Origin: Octopus bimaculoides
Lineage: Eukaryota
Direction of reading: 5' to 3'
DNA: 33,266 bases
Assembly: GCF_001194135.2 (NCBI RefSeq)
Contig: NC_068989.1
Location: forward strand, 56,763,708 to 56,796,973
Below are positions 22,442 to 32,535 of the stretch, in pieces. The position numbers and the translations under genes were made by a program. The notes under the pieces were generated by a model. The model had not been told where the DNA came from, searched no databases, and worked only from the letters and a program-made list of their open reading frames with translations. Each line of letters begins with the position of its first letter. Positions within the stretch are counted from its first letter, which is position 1.

Positions 22442-22617
22442 NNNNNNNNNNNNNNNNNNNNNNNNNNNNNNNNNNNNNNNNNNNNNNNNNNNNNNNNNNN
22501 NNNNNNNNNNNNNNNNNNNNNNNNNNNNNNNNNNNNNNNNNNNNNNNNNNNNNNNNNNNNNNNNNNNNNNNNNNNNNNNNNNNNNNNNNNNNNNNNNNNN
22601 NNNNNNNNNNNNNNNNN
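22442..22617. other. Assembly gap (176 N); a second gap of 30 N lies at 16099-16128
   Basis: N runs, both within or next to repeats. Confidence 1.
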
Positions 22618-22656
22618 TGTCAGGCCTTGTATTTATAACAGAAAGGATTATTATTT

Positions 22657-22845
22657 AGGCGGTGAGCTGGCAGAAATGTTAGTACGCCAGGCAAAATTCT
22701 TAGGGGCATTTCGTCCGTCTTTACGATCTGAGTTCCAATTCTATCGTGGCCGACTTCACCTTTCATCTTTCGGGGTCGGTTAAACATATACCAGTTAAAC
22801 AGGGGTCAATCTAATCGAGTAGCCCCATCTCCCAAAATATCAGGC
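22657..22845 (+). mobile_element. Family-A SINE (preceded at 22618-22650 by the tail of another copy)
   Basis: AGGCGGTGAGCTGGCAGAAATGTTAG head, core and ATCAGGC tail. Confidence 0.8.
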
Positions 22846-22959
22846 TGTTATTAAAACGTTCGGTTCAGGGTCATGTGGTTGTGGCTTTAATACATGGATG
22901 AGGTGATGCTACATGCTCTTGAGCAAAGCATTTCATTTTATGTTCCTTCAGCTGTATAC

Positions 22960-24121
22960 TAGTTGGTTTCTGGTGCAGCTGTTACAACGAGTCGAGCATG
23001 AGAGATCTGGGGTGTATTTAAGTATATTAGTAGGAAAGAAAGAAAAAAGCTTGGAAAATGTAAACAAACAACGACAGAAAGACCTCTCCTATTATATAGT
23101 CCCTTGAACTCATTTGCTCATAAATTGCTGTGCTGAAAATATATTTTGAACGAATGCACAAACGCGAATCTGCGGTTGTTGTGGGTCTTGAGAAAATGTG
23201 CTATATATTTGTTACAAAAAAAATTACGAAAGTCAGGGTAAGGTAGTCAACTGAAGGTTCATAGTAGAAATATTAAATCCGTTATATGCATATAAAGTCT
23301 GCAATGAAGAGTGGTTATGCACGAAATCTAGTTTTGAAACCTTACCATATATGCATACATAAATACACAATGTACGTACATATGTAATTATGTGTGTGTA
23401 GTAAATCTTCCATGTAGATAACTTAAATTTTGTTTAATTCCCCCGTTAGTTTGTTGTAAATTTTATTAACATTTCTGGCGTCTAGATTTCCTTATAACTC
23501 TTCTAGCCTCACCTAACTTCACATACCTTTTCCATTTATATTGTTTCAAAAACATTTAAATTGCTTTGGTTTTTACTGTGAAGTCACAACTCCTGTATTT
23601 TTCTGTTTACTGAATATTTAGGTTCTACTTTCATATTAATTTTTTGTGCTTATATTTTCTAATTTGTTAAAAATATCCAGGTAGGACAAAGTTGTGCCGA
23701 TGGACGCATACTGGGACAGAAACCCGCACTAGCAGCTGTCCTTTTGCCTTCAGAAAAATTAATAAATAGATAAATAAATAACAGTATGAGAATTCTTGGC
23801 TTTAATATTAATTTTAAATTATGGCACAAGGCCAATAAGGTCGAGGGAGGGGACTAGCTGATTTCATCGACTCCGAGAGGATGGAAGGCAAAGTCGACTC
23901 CGGCGGCATCTGAACTTAGAACGTAAAGACAGACGAAACATATTTTCAGCATAGCAATTTATGAGTATATGAGTTCAAGGGACTATATAATAGGAGAGGT
24001 CTTTCTGTCGTTGTTGGTTTACATTTTCCAAGCTTTTTCTTTCTTTCCTACTAATATACTTAAATACACCTCAGCTCTCTCATGCTCGACTCGTTGTAAC
24101 AGCTGCACCAGAAACCGACTA
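22960..24121. repeat. 183-bp inverted repeat (22960-23142 vs 23940-24121)
   Basis: Manual alignment gives 7 substitutions and 1 single-base indel over 183 bp; the spacer is about 800 bp. Confidence 0.95.
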
Positions 24122-24235
24122 TATAAAGACAGACGAACTTAGAACGTAAAAACAGACGAACTTAGAACGTAAAGACAGACGAACGTAAAGACACTTTTGC
24201 CTGGATCGATTGCGATTGTGCCAGCTCGCCACCTT
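23817..24235 (-). mobile_element. Family-A SINE split by a foreign 182-bp insertion and 23-bp reiterations
   Basis: SINE 3' part at 23817-23938, SINE 5' end at about 24194-24235, and reiterated GAACTTAGAACGTAAAGACAGAC units at 24124-24193. Confidence 0.85.
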
Positions 24236-24263
24236 TTACTTGACCTTAATATTATCTCATTTT

Positions 24264-24708
24264 AAGGCGGTGAACTGGCTGAATCATTAGCACGCCGGGT
24301 AAAATGCATAGCAGTATTTCGTCCGTATTTACGTTCTGAGTTCAAATTGGGCCGGTGTCGACTTTGCCTTTCATCCATTCAGGGTTGATAAAATAAGTAC
24401 CAGTTGAGCATTGGTGTCGATTCAAGCGATTTGGCCCCTAGCCCCAAACTGTTGGCACTCTGCCAAAATTCGAAACCAGCATTATCTCACCTGAAGACAG
24501 TGAGTTGGCAGGATCATTAGCACGCCGGACAAAGTGCTTCGCGGTATTTTGTCCGTTTTCAGGTTCTGAATTCAAATCTCGCCGGGGTGGACTTTGCCTT
24601 TTATATATTCGTGGGAAATAAAATAAGTAACAGTTGAACACTGGAGGTCGAGGTAATCTACTTGCCCCTTCCCCGAAATTGCTGGCCTTGTGCCAAAAAT
24701 CTGAACCC
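24264..24708 (+). mobile_element. Two tandem family-A SINEs (24264-24478; 24494-24708)
   Basis: Each copy has head, B-box-like segment, core and tail. Confidence 0.85.
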
Positions 24709-24799
24709 GATATTATCTTACTACTCGCATTTGATAGCAATAACCTCAAGTGAGAGTTTTAATAAATCTGGAAATTAACCGTTCTTCGTCTCTCCCTTG

Positions 24800-24977
24800 T
24801 GGTTATGTGTTGTACTAACGATCGTAAGATCGTCGTTTCGATTCCCATACCGGCGGTACGTTGTGTTCTTAGAGGCAAAATACCTAATTTTATATTCCTC
24901 CAGATCACTCAGCTGTCAACGAGTATCCCTTTGAACTGGTATTCCATTCAGGGAGAATGCTGGTCTGTCCGATTAGG

Positions 24978-25012
<35 letters not shown>
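24800..25012 (+). mobile_element. Third tRNA-derived SINE family with (CA)n tail
   Basis: B-box-like GTTTCGATTCCC, then TTGTGTTCTTAG..CACTCAGCTG and (CA)n at 24981-25012. Confidence 0.6.
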
Positions 25013-25025
<13 letters not shown>

Positions 25026-25226
25026 CGATGGGCCAAAAGTCACGCACCAAAGCACTGCCATTTTAAATATTATCTTATCATGATGATGGCGGCGGCGGTG
25101 AGCTAGCAGAGTCGTCAGCACACTGGGCAACGTAGTTCCTAATTGTTTTTAAGAAACTTCGTGTTATCAGATTCCGTGACGCCACGAAAAGTTTCATCGC
25201 CGTGCATTATATTAAAACGAAGTCAG

Positions 25227-25329
25227 TATAAAACAGCTTTAATTTAGCGAAACTGTCAATATAAGGATGTTCAAGCTAGCTATTGTACCCGTTTAAAACT
25301 ATGTAGATTTGATAATTCGATGGGTAAGT
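25227..25329 (+). promoter_or_regulatory. Possible plus-strand TATA + initiator + short first exon
   Basis: TATAAAA at 25227, TCAAT with its A at 25258 (31 bp downstream), and ATG G|GTAAGT donor at 25324. Confidence 0.3.
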
Positions 25330-25424
25330 ATGTCTTGGTCAGTGAAGATATTTACAGAAAATATAGTACCTCAAAAATTAAAAAGAATTGGTTAGAAAAA
25401 TGACGTAAATATTGGTTACAAACG

Positions 25425-25772
25425 TTCGCACAAGGCCAGCAGGTTTGGTGGGAGGGGATTAAATCTACCCCACCAAGTGTTCAAGTGGTACTTATTTTAT
25501 CGACCCCGAAAGGATGAAAGGGCAAAATCGACACCAGCGGAATCTGAAAAAGACAACAAACATTAATCCTTTCTTCTATAGGCACAAGGCCTGAAATTTT
25601 GGGGGAAGTGGCTTGTCGATTACATGGACTCCAGTGTTCAACTGGTACTTATTTTATCGACCTCGAAAGGATGAAAGGCAAAGTCGACCTCGGCGGAATT
25701 TGAGCTCAGACCGTAAAGACGGACAAAATGCCGCTAAGCATTTTGCCCGACGAGCTACGATTCTGCTACCTC
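25425..25772 (-). mobile_element. Two family-A SINEs on the minus strand (25425-25550 partial; 25572-25772 full)
   Basis: CACAAGGCC..CTGGTACTTATTTTATCGACC..GAAAGGATGAAAGGCAAAGTCGACCTCGGCGGAATTTGA is the reverse complement of family A. Confidence 0.85.
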
Positions 25773-27009
25773 TTCCCCCACTATGATCAAAAGAGTTACG
25801 TGAATCTATTTAGTCATATCATCAAGAGCTCGACGTCGGATGTTGCCAGAGAAGATTCAAAGACGATCACAATCTTAGCAACATCAACATTTCTTTTGAA
25901 GGAAAATTCGATTTTTAAGCTGCAAAAGTTACTGTATGATCGCAGAGTCTTTCTGCTTGAAGGTAATGTTGAGTCTCAAAGCCTCATACATGATGACCGA
26001 AAATATATTTCTACAGATTTCCTGTATCAGTAATTGATGGCTTTATTTTCTTTTATGGGGAAAAAAAAATTATGACAATATTTTGAAAAAAATTTTTTTT
26101 TTAATGTCGTGGTGCTTGTTATTTAAACATATGATGATGAATGGTTAAGTTAATCATTCCCAATATCAAAAGTAAGAGCTACTGAAATAAAATGGTAAAA
26201 TAAAAATGGTAAATTAAAATCGCTTCTGTTACAGAATATTGAAGTTGGTCTCGGCCTTAATGCTAGAAGTAATCTTACCCGCAGAGGGATTTCTTACACA
26301 CACACACACACACACAAACTGCTAACAGGCGATATATTCGTGCCAATATCACAGTATTACTTTTCTAAGGCCACCAACTTCGTTAATTTCCAGGCAATCG
26401 GATTACAGAATGCTGCAGAGTTCTATAAAATCGATAAATACTGCAAGCATTGTAGGTCACGTTCACTGGAACCGTTATTACACATCTATGACCGGTAAAT
26501 CGTAGCTTACTTGCTAGATTGATATGTTAGACTGATTGAAGATAAGAGACATCTAATATAACTGAAGAAGTAAGCAAATGGACAGACCAAGACGTCACTA
26601 GCAATAGCAAAACGCCGCCGCCGCCAGGATAGGAAACATGAATATAACGTTTTCTGACAGATGTCTGAATGAATGCAATGATGGACGGACAAGAACATTA
26701 TCGGGTATTAATAATATTGATTTCTTATATTGGCACAAGGAAACATTTGTAGTGAAGTTTTGATTAAACCAACCCCCGGTTACGTTCTCGTATTGAGAGA
26801 TGATTAGTAAACTCAGGTGGGATTTGAATTCAGAACTGAAAGGCATAAAGTCCAATTTTTTTTTTTTTTTACCGTTCAACTATTTTAGAACATTGACATA
26901 TGTCAGAGATCCGAAGAGGAAAAAAAAACAAAAAAACAAACTCCGCTGTGGTTAAGTGCAGGCTGCCATACACAATGTGGGCTGAAAATGTCTTATCAAT
27001 TGAGTAATA

Positions 27010-27225
27010 AGCGTTTCAAATTTTGGAACAAGGTCAGCAATTTTAGTGGGAGAAAATTTGTAGATTGCATCGAAATCAGTACTTGACTGGTACTTTATTC
27101 TTTCGACCCTGAAAGATGAAAGGCAGAGTTGACCACATCGGTATTTGAACTCAGTGTGAAAGCCAAAAGGAATGTCTCTTAGTATTTTGTCAAACCTACT
27201 AGCATCTCAGCCAGCTTGTCGCCTT
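27010..27225 (-). mobile_element. Family-A SINE, full length, diverged
   Basis: Reverse-complement tail, core and head, ending CCAGCTTGTCGCCTT. Confidence 0.75.
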
Positions 27226-27434
27226 GACCTATTGAAATAATCGTTGAGAAGGAAAGCTAACTACAGAATTCGTGAAAATTTATTTCAAAATAGGGAGGCA
27301 ACTCACGAATATATCAATAGCTAAAAACTTTAAAATGGAGTTATTCAGGTCATGGAGCACGATTGATCAGCTATGGTGGCAATTCTGAATATAATACTGT
27401 CTTAAGGAAATCAATTGAGTGGTTTGAGCATGGG

Positions 27435-27570
27435 TTACAATGCTTTCCAATGTTTCAGTTCTTTACGTTCTGAGTTCAAATATCACCGAATTCGATCTTA
27501 CTATTCATCCATTCGAGGTCGATAAACGAAGTACTACTCAAGTACTGAAGTCGATTCACTCACAGGAAGA
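27435..27570 (+). mobile_element. Family-A SINE, partial
   Basis: TTTACGTTCTGAGTTCAAAT..GAGGTCGATAAA. Confidence 0.65.
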
Positions 27571-28330
27571 AATCGGTTGTGTTCAAACTCTGGGAAGGAT
27601 GGGCTCCGCCAGATTTAAAAAAAGAAAAAATTCTAAAAACACGCCGTATGTTCCTACAGCGGGTCATACCTCTAGGACTCCGTCAGGAGTTGAGGGCCCC
27701 ACCACCTCCAGTTATATAAAGACCTTTCCCAGAAGGGAATTCATTTGCAAATGAATTTTATACATAATTCCGATGAGTTGAGTTCAAGACCTCGTAAATA
27801 AATTGCAAATAAGTTATGAAATCGAATTTTAAAGCAACAATTGTAAATTGATGTAATAAAAAGGTTTTGTTAACTGCAGTTTCCATGCTCGAAATTGTAA
27901 AAACTGCAGGTAATTGTGAATTTTCAGGCATGCGTTTGAGAAAAGAAATAGCCTTCGGATTACCGAAATCTGATAGCCTGCACCAGTGTACGAGCTTAAT
28001 GTAAAATCCATTGTTAACACCCAAATGAAATCATAATTAGCAGGTTGATCTAGCATCTCGGACAGATGAGAAATGTCTGAATAGCTGATTGTGGTTTAAA
28101 GTCAACGAAACTAAATAACATGAAAATAAGTCAACCTATAACTCAATGAGCACAACAATCATGTGTGTTAAGTACTACTACTGTTCGTTTGCTCACCCAC
28201 TCGTGTATGTGTGACGCACAATATTTTTAAAATGCTTTGATTTAAATTGTTTCGGACGTTATGACTTATCAAACTAGTAACTGCTCTGTTCACAGTGGAC
28301 TGCTGCTTTTATTTCTGAAATTCAATTTGC

Positions 28331-29676
28331 ATGGTTTCAAGCCGTGTATGTCTCATTGACCAAAACCAGTTTTGCTACACATGTAGGGAATACGCATTCA
28401 AGGACTGTAGAAGGAAAGCGACACCACCCATAAAACAAGATACTAAGAAATGAAATGAATGGGAGATGAAGATAAATGTTTTGCAACATTTATTGTATGC
28501 AAAAGGTTGCATTGATTGGCTTTCCTTGTGGTCCAGTGATAAGCTGAAGCAAATGCCATTTGCCCTTCCAATGGCATGGCGGGAACAAAGCAACCATTCT
28601 ACTGATTGCTGCTTTTGCGTTACTAATGTTGAAGGGTTCAGTAAGAAAACTGTATAGTATATCAAATACTATAATTTACCAGCTGCCATAAGACCACAGC
28701 CATATGAAGATGAAATTCCTCCAGTGTCAAGCAATCAACCATTGAGTTGAGTCAGATGATGATTCCAATGATGAAACTGGATGTGAAAAAGAGCTACATA
28801 AAGTTTTGCTGCTTCTTGTGCCCGTGGGAGAGTCGGCAGGACTGGTCAGTACGTCATGAATGGAAACTCTGGAATAAAAGCGCTCAATATGTACCACTAG
28901 TATCACCCGAGGTAATTGTGTTACCATCACCACCACATTAAATTTAGAATCCTCAAAAATTTTAAGTCACTAGATCTTAAGGGGGCAACCAATCAAGTTG
29001 TTTAAAGATAGTCCCTCGATTAAGCGAAGCGAAGTTTAAAGAAGGCGTGTTCGTTGGACCAGACACTTGTAAACTGAAGAAGAATCAAATTTTTATAGAT
29101 TCATTGAATGACAAACTTATGATGCTGTCTTAAAGACAGTCAAAAACTTTTTAGGAAAGAACCGGAACCCGAATTACACGGTAGTCATAGCTGCTCTTTT
29201 GGATTAATTTGATGTGCAGGGTGTCAGAATGTCCTCGAAAATTCACATTTAAAAAAAAAAAAAAATCACTTGGATTTCTTTCCTTTGGACTTGAGCAAGA
29301 TTAATTTTGAGCATTGTTAAAGATTTTCAAGGTAGAAAGGATGAGCCGGTACCCACATGATGACAAAGTTTTTGCTGGTTTCACTTTCGAACGTCAGGCT
29401 ACTGGTCTTGACAGTGAAATCAATACTGTATTTTCTGTTGTAAGTTTCTTACAAGTGTATATTGTTATTTTAACAAGGATTGATTGTGGTTTAGTACATT
29501 AATAAATTGCAATGTTCATAAGATTAGTTTTTCTGTAAGTGTAGTATATGTTGGATATTTTGTAGATCAAAATGTAGTCATGAAACAAAACGGACTTCAT
29601 ATTCACAAAGAGCACCCTAAAATTAACTAATATCACCTAAAATAGTGTTTGCTAAAGAAATTAGTGTCATGCAGTG
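28331..29676 (+). pseudogene. Chapaev3-like (CMC group) DNA transposon remnant, internally deleted transposase plus probable 3' end
   Basis: MVSSRVCLIDQNQFCYTC; GDEDK; MPFALPMAWREQSNHSTDCCFC; FCCFLCPWESR; PHIKF; EGVFVGP; FLG; MSSKIH..HLDFFP. These motifs are collinear with Chapaev3-type transposases, with many stops and frameshifts. The candidate right end GCAGTG (reverse complement CACTGC) is at 29671-29676. The family assignment is from recall, not a search. Confidence 0.8.
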
Positions 29677-29704
29677 CAATTAAAAGATTTGCTAAATTTA
29701 AATA

Positions 29705-29830
29705 ACTTTCCGACATCGGCACAAAAACCGAAATTTGGAGATTATATCGACCACAGTTACCAAACTAGTACTTAGTTTTGTCGATCCCAGAGAGATGAAC
29801 GTCAAAGCTGGCCTCGGCAGGATTTGAACT
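29705..29830 (-). mobile_element. Family-A SINE, partial
   Basis: GTACTTAGTTTTGTCGATCCC..GGCCTCGGCAGGATTTGAACTC. Confidence 0.55.
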
Positions 29831-31310
29831 CCGTATCTATTTCGGCTTTTTACGTTCTAAAAAGATTTACCCGTAATACCAAGAATACCACTAAATTAAA
29901 AAGGTACGAGAAAATCTCAACTGTGCCTTATGCATTGAGAAAGTGCTTTTATTGTAACAAATGGTGAGCTTAAAATAAAAACACTAAAATACAATTCCGT
30001 TCTTCTACGTTGAGAGTTCATCTTATGCCGGAGACGATAAAATAACCCATAATACGACTTTTTAAATAAGAACGTAAGCACAGGCCAGCATTTTGACACG
30101 TGCGCTTTTTTCTCTATTAATAAAAGGAAAAAAAAAAAAAAAACTGTCTCAGATTTAAAGCACAGAGATACTTTTATGTTCAAATTGAAACGAGATTTCA
30201 TTCTTTATATGAATGAAACGGATGTAAGTATAGAACATAACCGAAAAGTCAAATATTGAGCATTGTCCGTGTTAGCGTATTTAAATGTACAATAGATAAA
30301 AAAGCACCGATATTTTATAACTACGCATCAAATTGATTGGAAAAGGAGTAGTTTAAAATTTCCAATTGAAATCGGGAGAAAATGACAATCGTTGCATAAA
30401 TAAACAACTGCTGTTCTTCGTATTAATTTATAAAGGAAAAATACAAAATATCAAGTACCACAGATCAGGATTACTCCTTCAAAAGTTTTAGTATAGGATT
30501 TCTTACCGAGGTAGATCAGGTATATAAAAGGTGTTATAGAAAAGTTCAGCAAGTTGATTTATTGTGAGGGATAAAATTGAATTTTTGGATACTGGCTTTT
30601 CTTTAGAGTAATACTTAAGGATTAATACCATTTATCACAAAATTGCAAATGAGAAAAGGAGTGGAGGATTGATGCTGGGAAGAAAAGCGAGGAGTTGTAT
30701 GGGGACTGTCTGATGGAAGATGATATTTAGTGAGGAAATGGCAGTTACTATTTGTGACAAGATCCAAGTAGAGTAGAAAGAGATATGGTGAGAGTTATGT
30801 CAGATGGGAGATAAGTTAGAATACAAGGTAAAAGAGGGAAGAACACTTACACTAACACAGAAGTAGCCACAATGAAGATCGGAGAAAGGAAGATGCAACT
30901 AGCAGAAACTTGGGATTGGTAAGAAGTTCGGTGATGAAAGGACAGTTAAAAGGAACAAGAGAAAAAAAAAATCTTATTTACAACATTGTCTCCGTAAACA
31001 TTTAAAACAAATATCTTTACGAATATCACAAATTAACGCATAATGTATGTTGTTTTATAAGTTTTTAGACTGCAGTTTGTGTTTGTAAACTTTCGAAAAT
31101 ATGAATTGAAAAGTGGCAATGGAAAAAAATAAATTTCATTGAAACAAAAACATTTTTTGCAGATGACATTTAACTGTTCGGTGTTCTTATGCAAAACTAT
31201 ATATTCAAATTAAAAGAAAAAGTGTACATTATACAGCCTTATTCCTTGATTAGCTCAATGAATTTTGGTCCTTTTTGATATCGGATGCGTTAGTGAATAA
31301 AAGAAAATAC

Positions 31311-31611
31311 TTCGACCTAAGTCGACATTCTTAACCGTTCGTGGTGAAATTCTTTGAGAGGAGCGATTTTTTGAACTGCGTTTTGAATGAGAAAAAGATA
31401 GTTTCCCGTCACTTTCTTTATATTTCTCCTTCCGATGTTTACAAAGCGATTTAAGTAGAACATATTTGTAAAGTTTATTCTTGTCTTTGGCGAAATGCTT
31501 TTTAGGCGAACCAGAAGTTGCCGAATTTTTCTCGTCTAAAGAGGAATTCAATTTCATGCTTTCTTTTCTTTTTTCGCGGTGACGATACCGTGTTGGAGCA
31601 ATCAGAGACAT
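31311..31611 (-). CDS. Candidate distal first coding exon, about 100 aa basic K/S/R-rich N-terminus (MSLIAPTRYRHREKRKESMKL...)
   Basis: A 118-codon ORF in non-repetitive sequence with AAACC-ATG context and in-frame stops just upstream. Two possible donors, TTAG|GTCGAA (31317) and CGAA|GTATTT (31311), are both phase 1 and so in frame with exon 668-754. It could alternatively be an intronless ORF ending at 31255. Confidence 0.5.
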
Positions 31612-31897
31612 GGTTTAGTGAAATGTCTAAATCTGAGTTGATGATGTTACCGATAAACTAGTTCAGCGTCTTCCTATATAAATGATTTTCTCAACAAATC
31701 CATTTAATATAAAGACAGACTTTCATATCATCAAAATGGTTCCTTCCAAGTTCAACACCCGCTCATATTAAACTAGAAGTTTATAAATGTCTTTATGGCA
31801 AATTTGATGAAATAAAGAGGCCCATTAATGGTAATTACAGATTGACACGTGAAGTTACTAATGAAGAAAAAAAAAAAAAGATTTACATAGCATGCCG

Positions 31898-31954
31898 CCG
31901 TTAAAACGGAAAATAATGCTGTTTAACGGAGAGCTGTTTGTAATAAAACCGTTA
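31898..31954. promoter_or_regulatory. Cluster of Myb-type AACGG motifs
   Basis: CCGTTA 31898, AAACGG 31904, TAACGG 31924 and CCGTTA 31949, about 290-340 bp upstream of the 31611 ATG. Confidence 0.4.
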
Positions 31955-32307
31955 AAATTTCTCAACAAAACAGGAATAAGTTCTGGATACAAAGGCTATG
32001 AGTTCTCTTCTAACTGACGCCTCACTACCCAATTGAAAGCAATAAATAACAAAGTGTCTAGCTATGACAAAGGGAAGCTTTTCCATTTGGAATAGAAACT
32101 CTGGCCCTTTACTCGTAACTTCGTCAATGTTCCCGTGATAGTTTTAATGACACTGCAACCGAATAGACGAGCACTTGGAGAGTCCAAATTTAGTCTCTAT
32201 ATAGATTCTCAGATGAAAGGAATGCGTGTTGCTCTCGCTATTAATATATTTGGTAAAGATATGACTGCTTAAGCTATAATATAAGGGTTTGGGTATCATT
32301 CTACTAT

Positions 32308-32535
32308 TATACCCGTCTCGTGAGGCGGGTGCAGTGGTGTAAATTTAAAGAAAGAAAAAAAGAAAAGGATAAGGAATTGGGAGGAGGGTAAAAATATAAA
32401 ACATTCAAATATTACATAAAAAAAAAAGAAAAAATCATGGACAGAAGGAAACAACCTCCCAGTTCCTTACCGCTTTCCTTTTTCACGAAAAGCTGTCGAT
32501 CAATTATTACATTCGTCACGAGACGGGTGCAATTG
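32308..32535. mobile_element. DINE-1/Helentron-associated (HINE)-like non-autonomous element
   Basis: Perfect 13-bp subterminal IR ACCCGTCTCGTGA (32311-32323) / TCACGAGACGGGT (32516-32528); a short partner IR GAGGCGGGT immediately after the 5' arm; start TTATACCCGT. Confidence 0.5.

Noticed and set aside
24124-24193. Short direct repeats that look like a mini CRISPR array
   Set aside because: The units are head-to-tail copies of a SINE segment with no unique spacers, in eukaryotic DNA with no cas genes.
25728-26033. 101-aa plus-strand ORF
   Set aside because: It starts inside a minus-strand SINE, has no recognisable motif, and splicing from 25323 to the AG at about 25812 gives an early stop.
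14756-27570. tRNA genes suggested by A/B-box-like motifs
   Set aside because: The motifs are SINE heads followed by SINE cores and tails; no cloverleaf was identified.
27585-27735. Short IR CTCTGGGAAGG / CCTTTCCCAGAAG as MITE ends
   Set aside because: Too short and imperfect, with no TSD seen.
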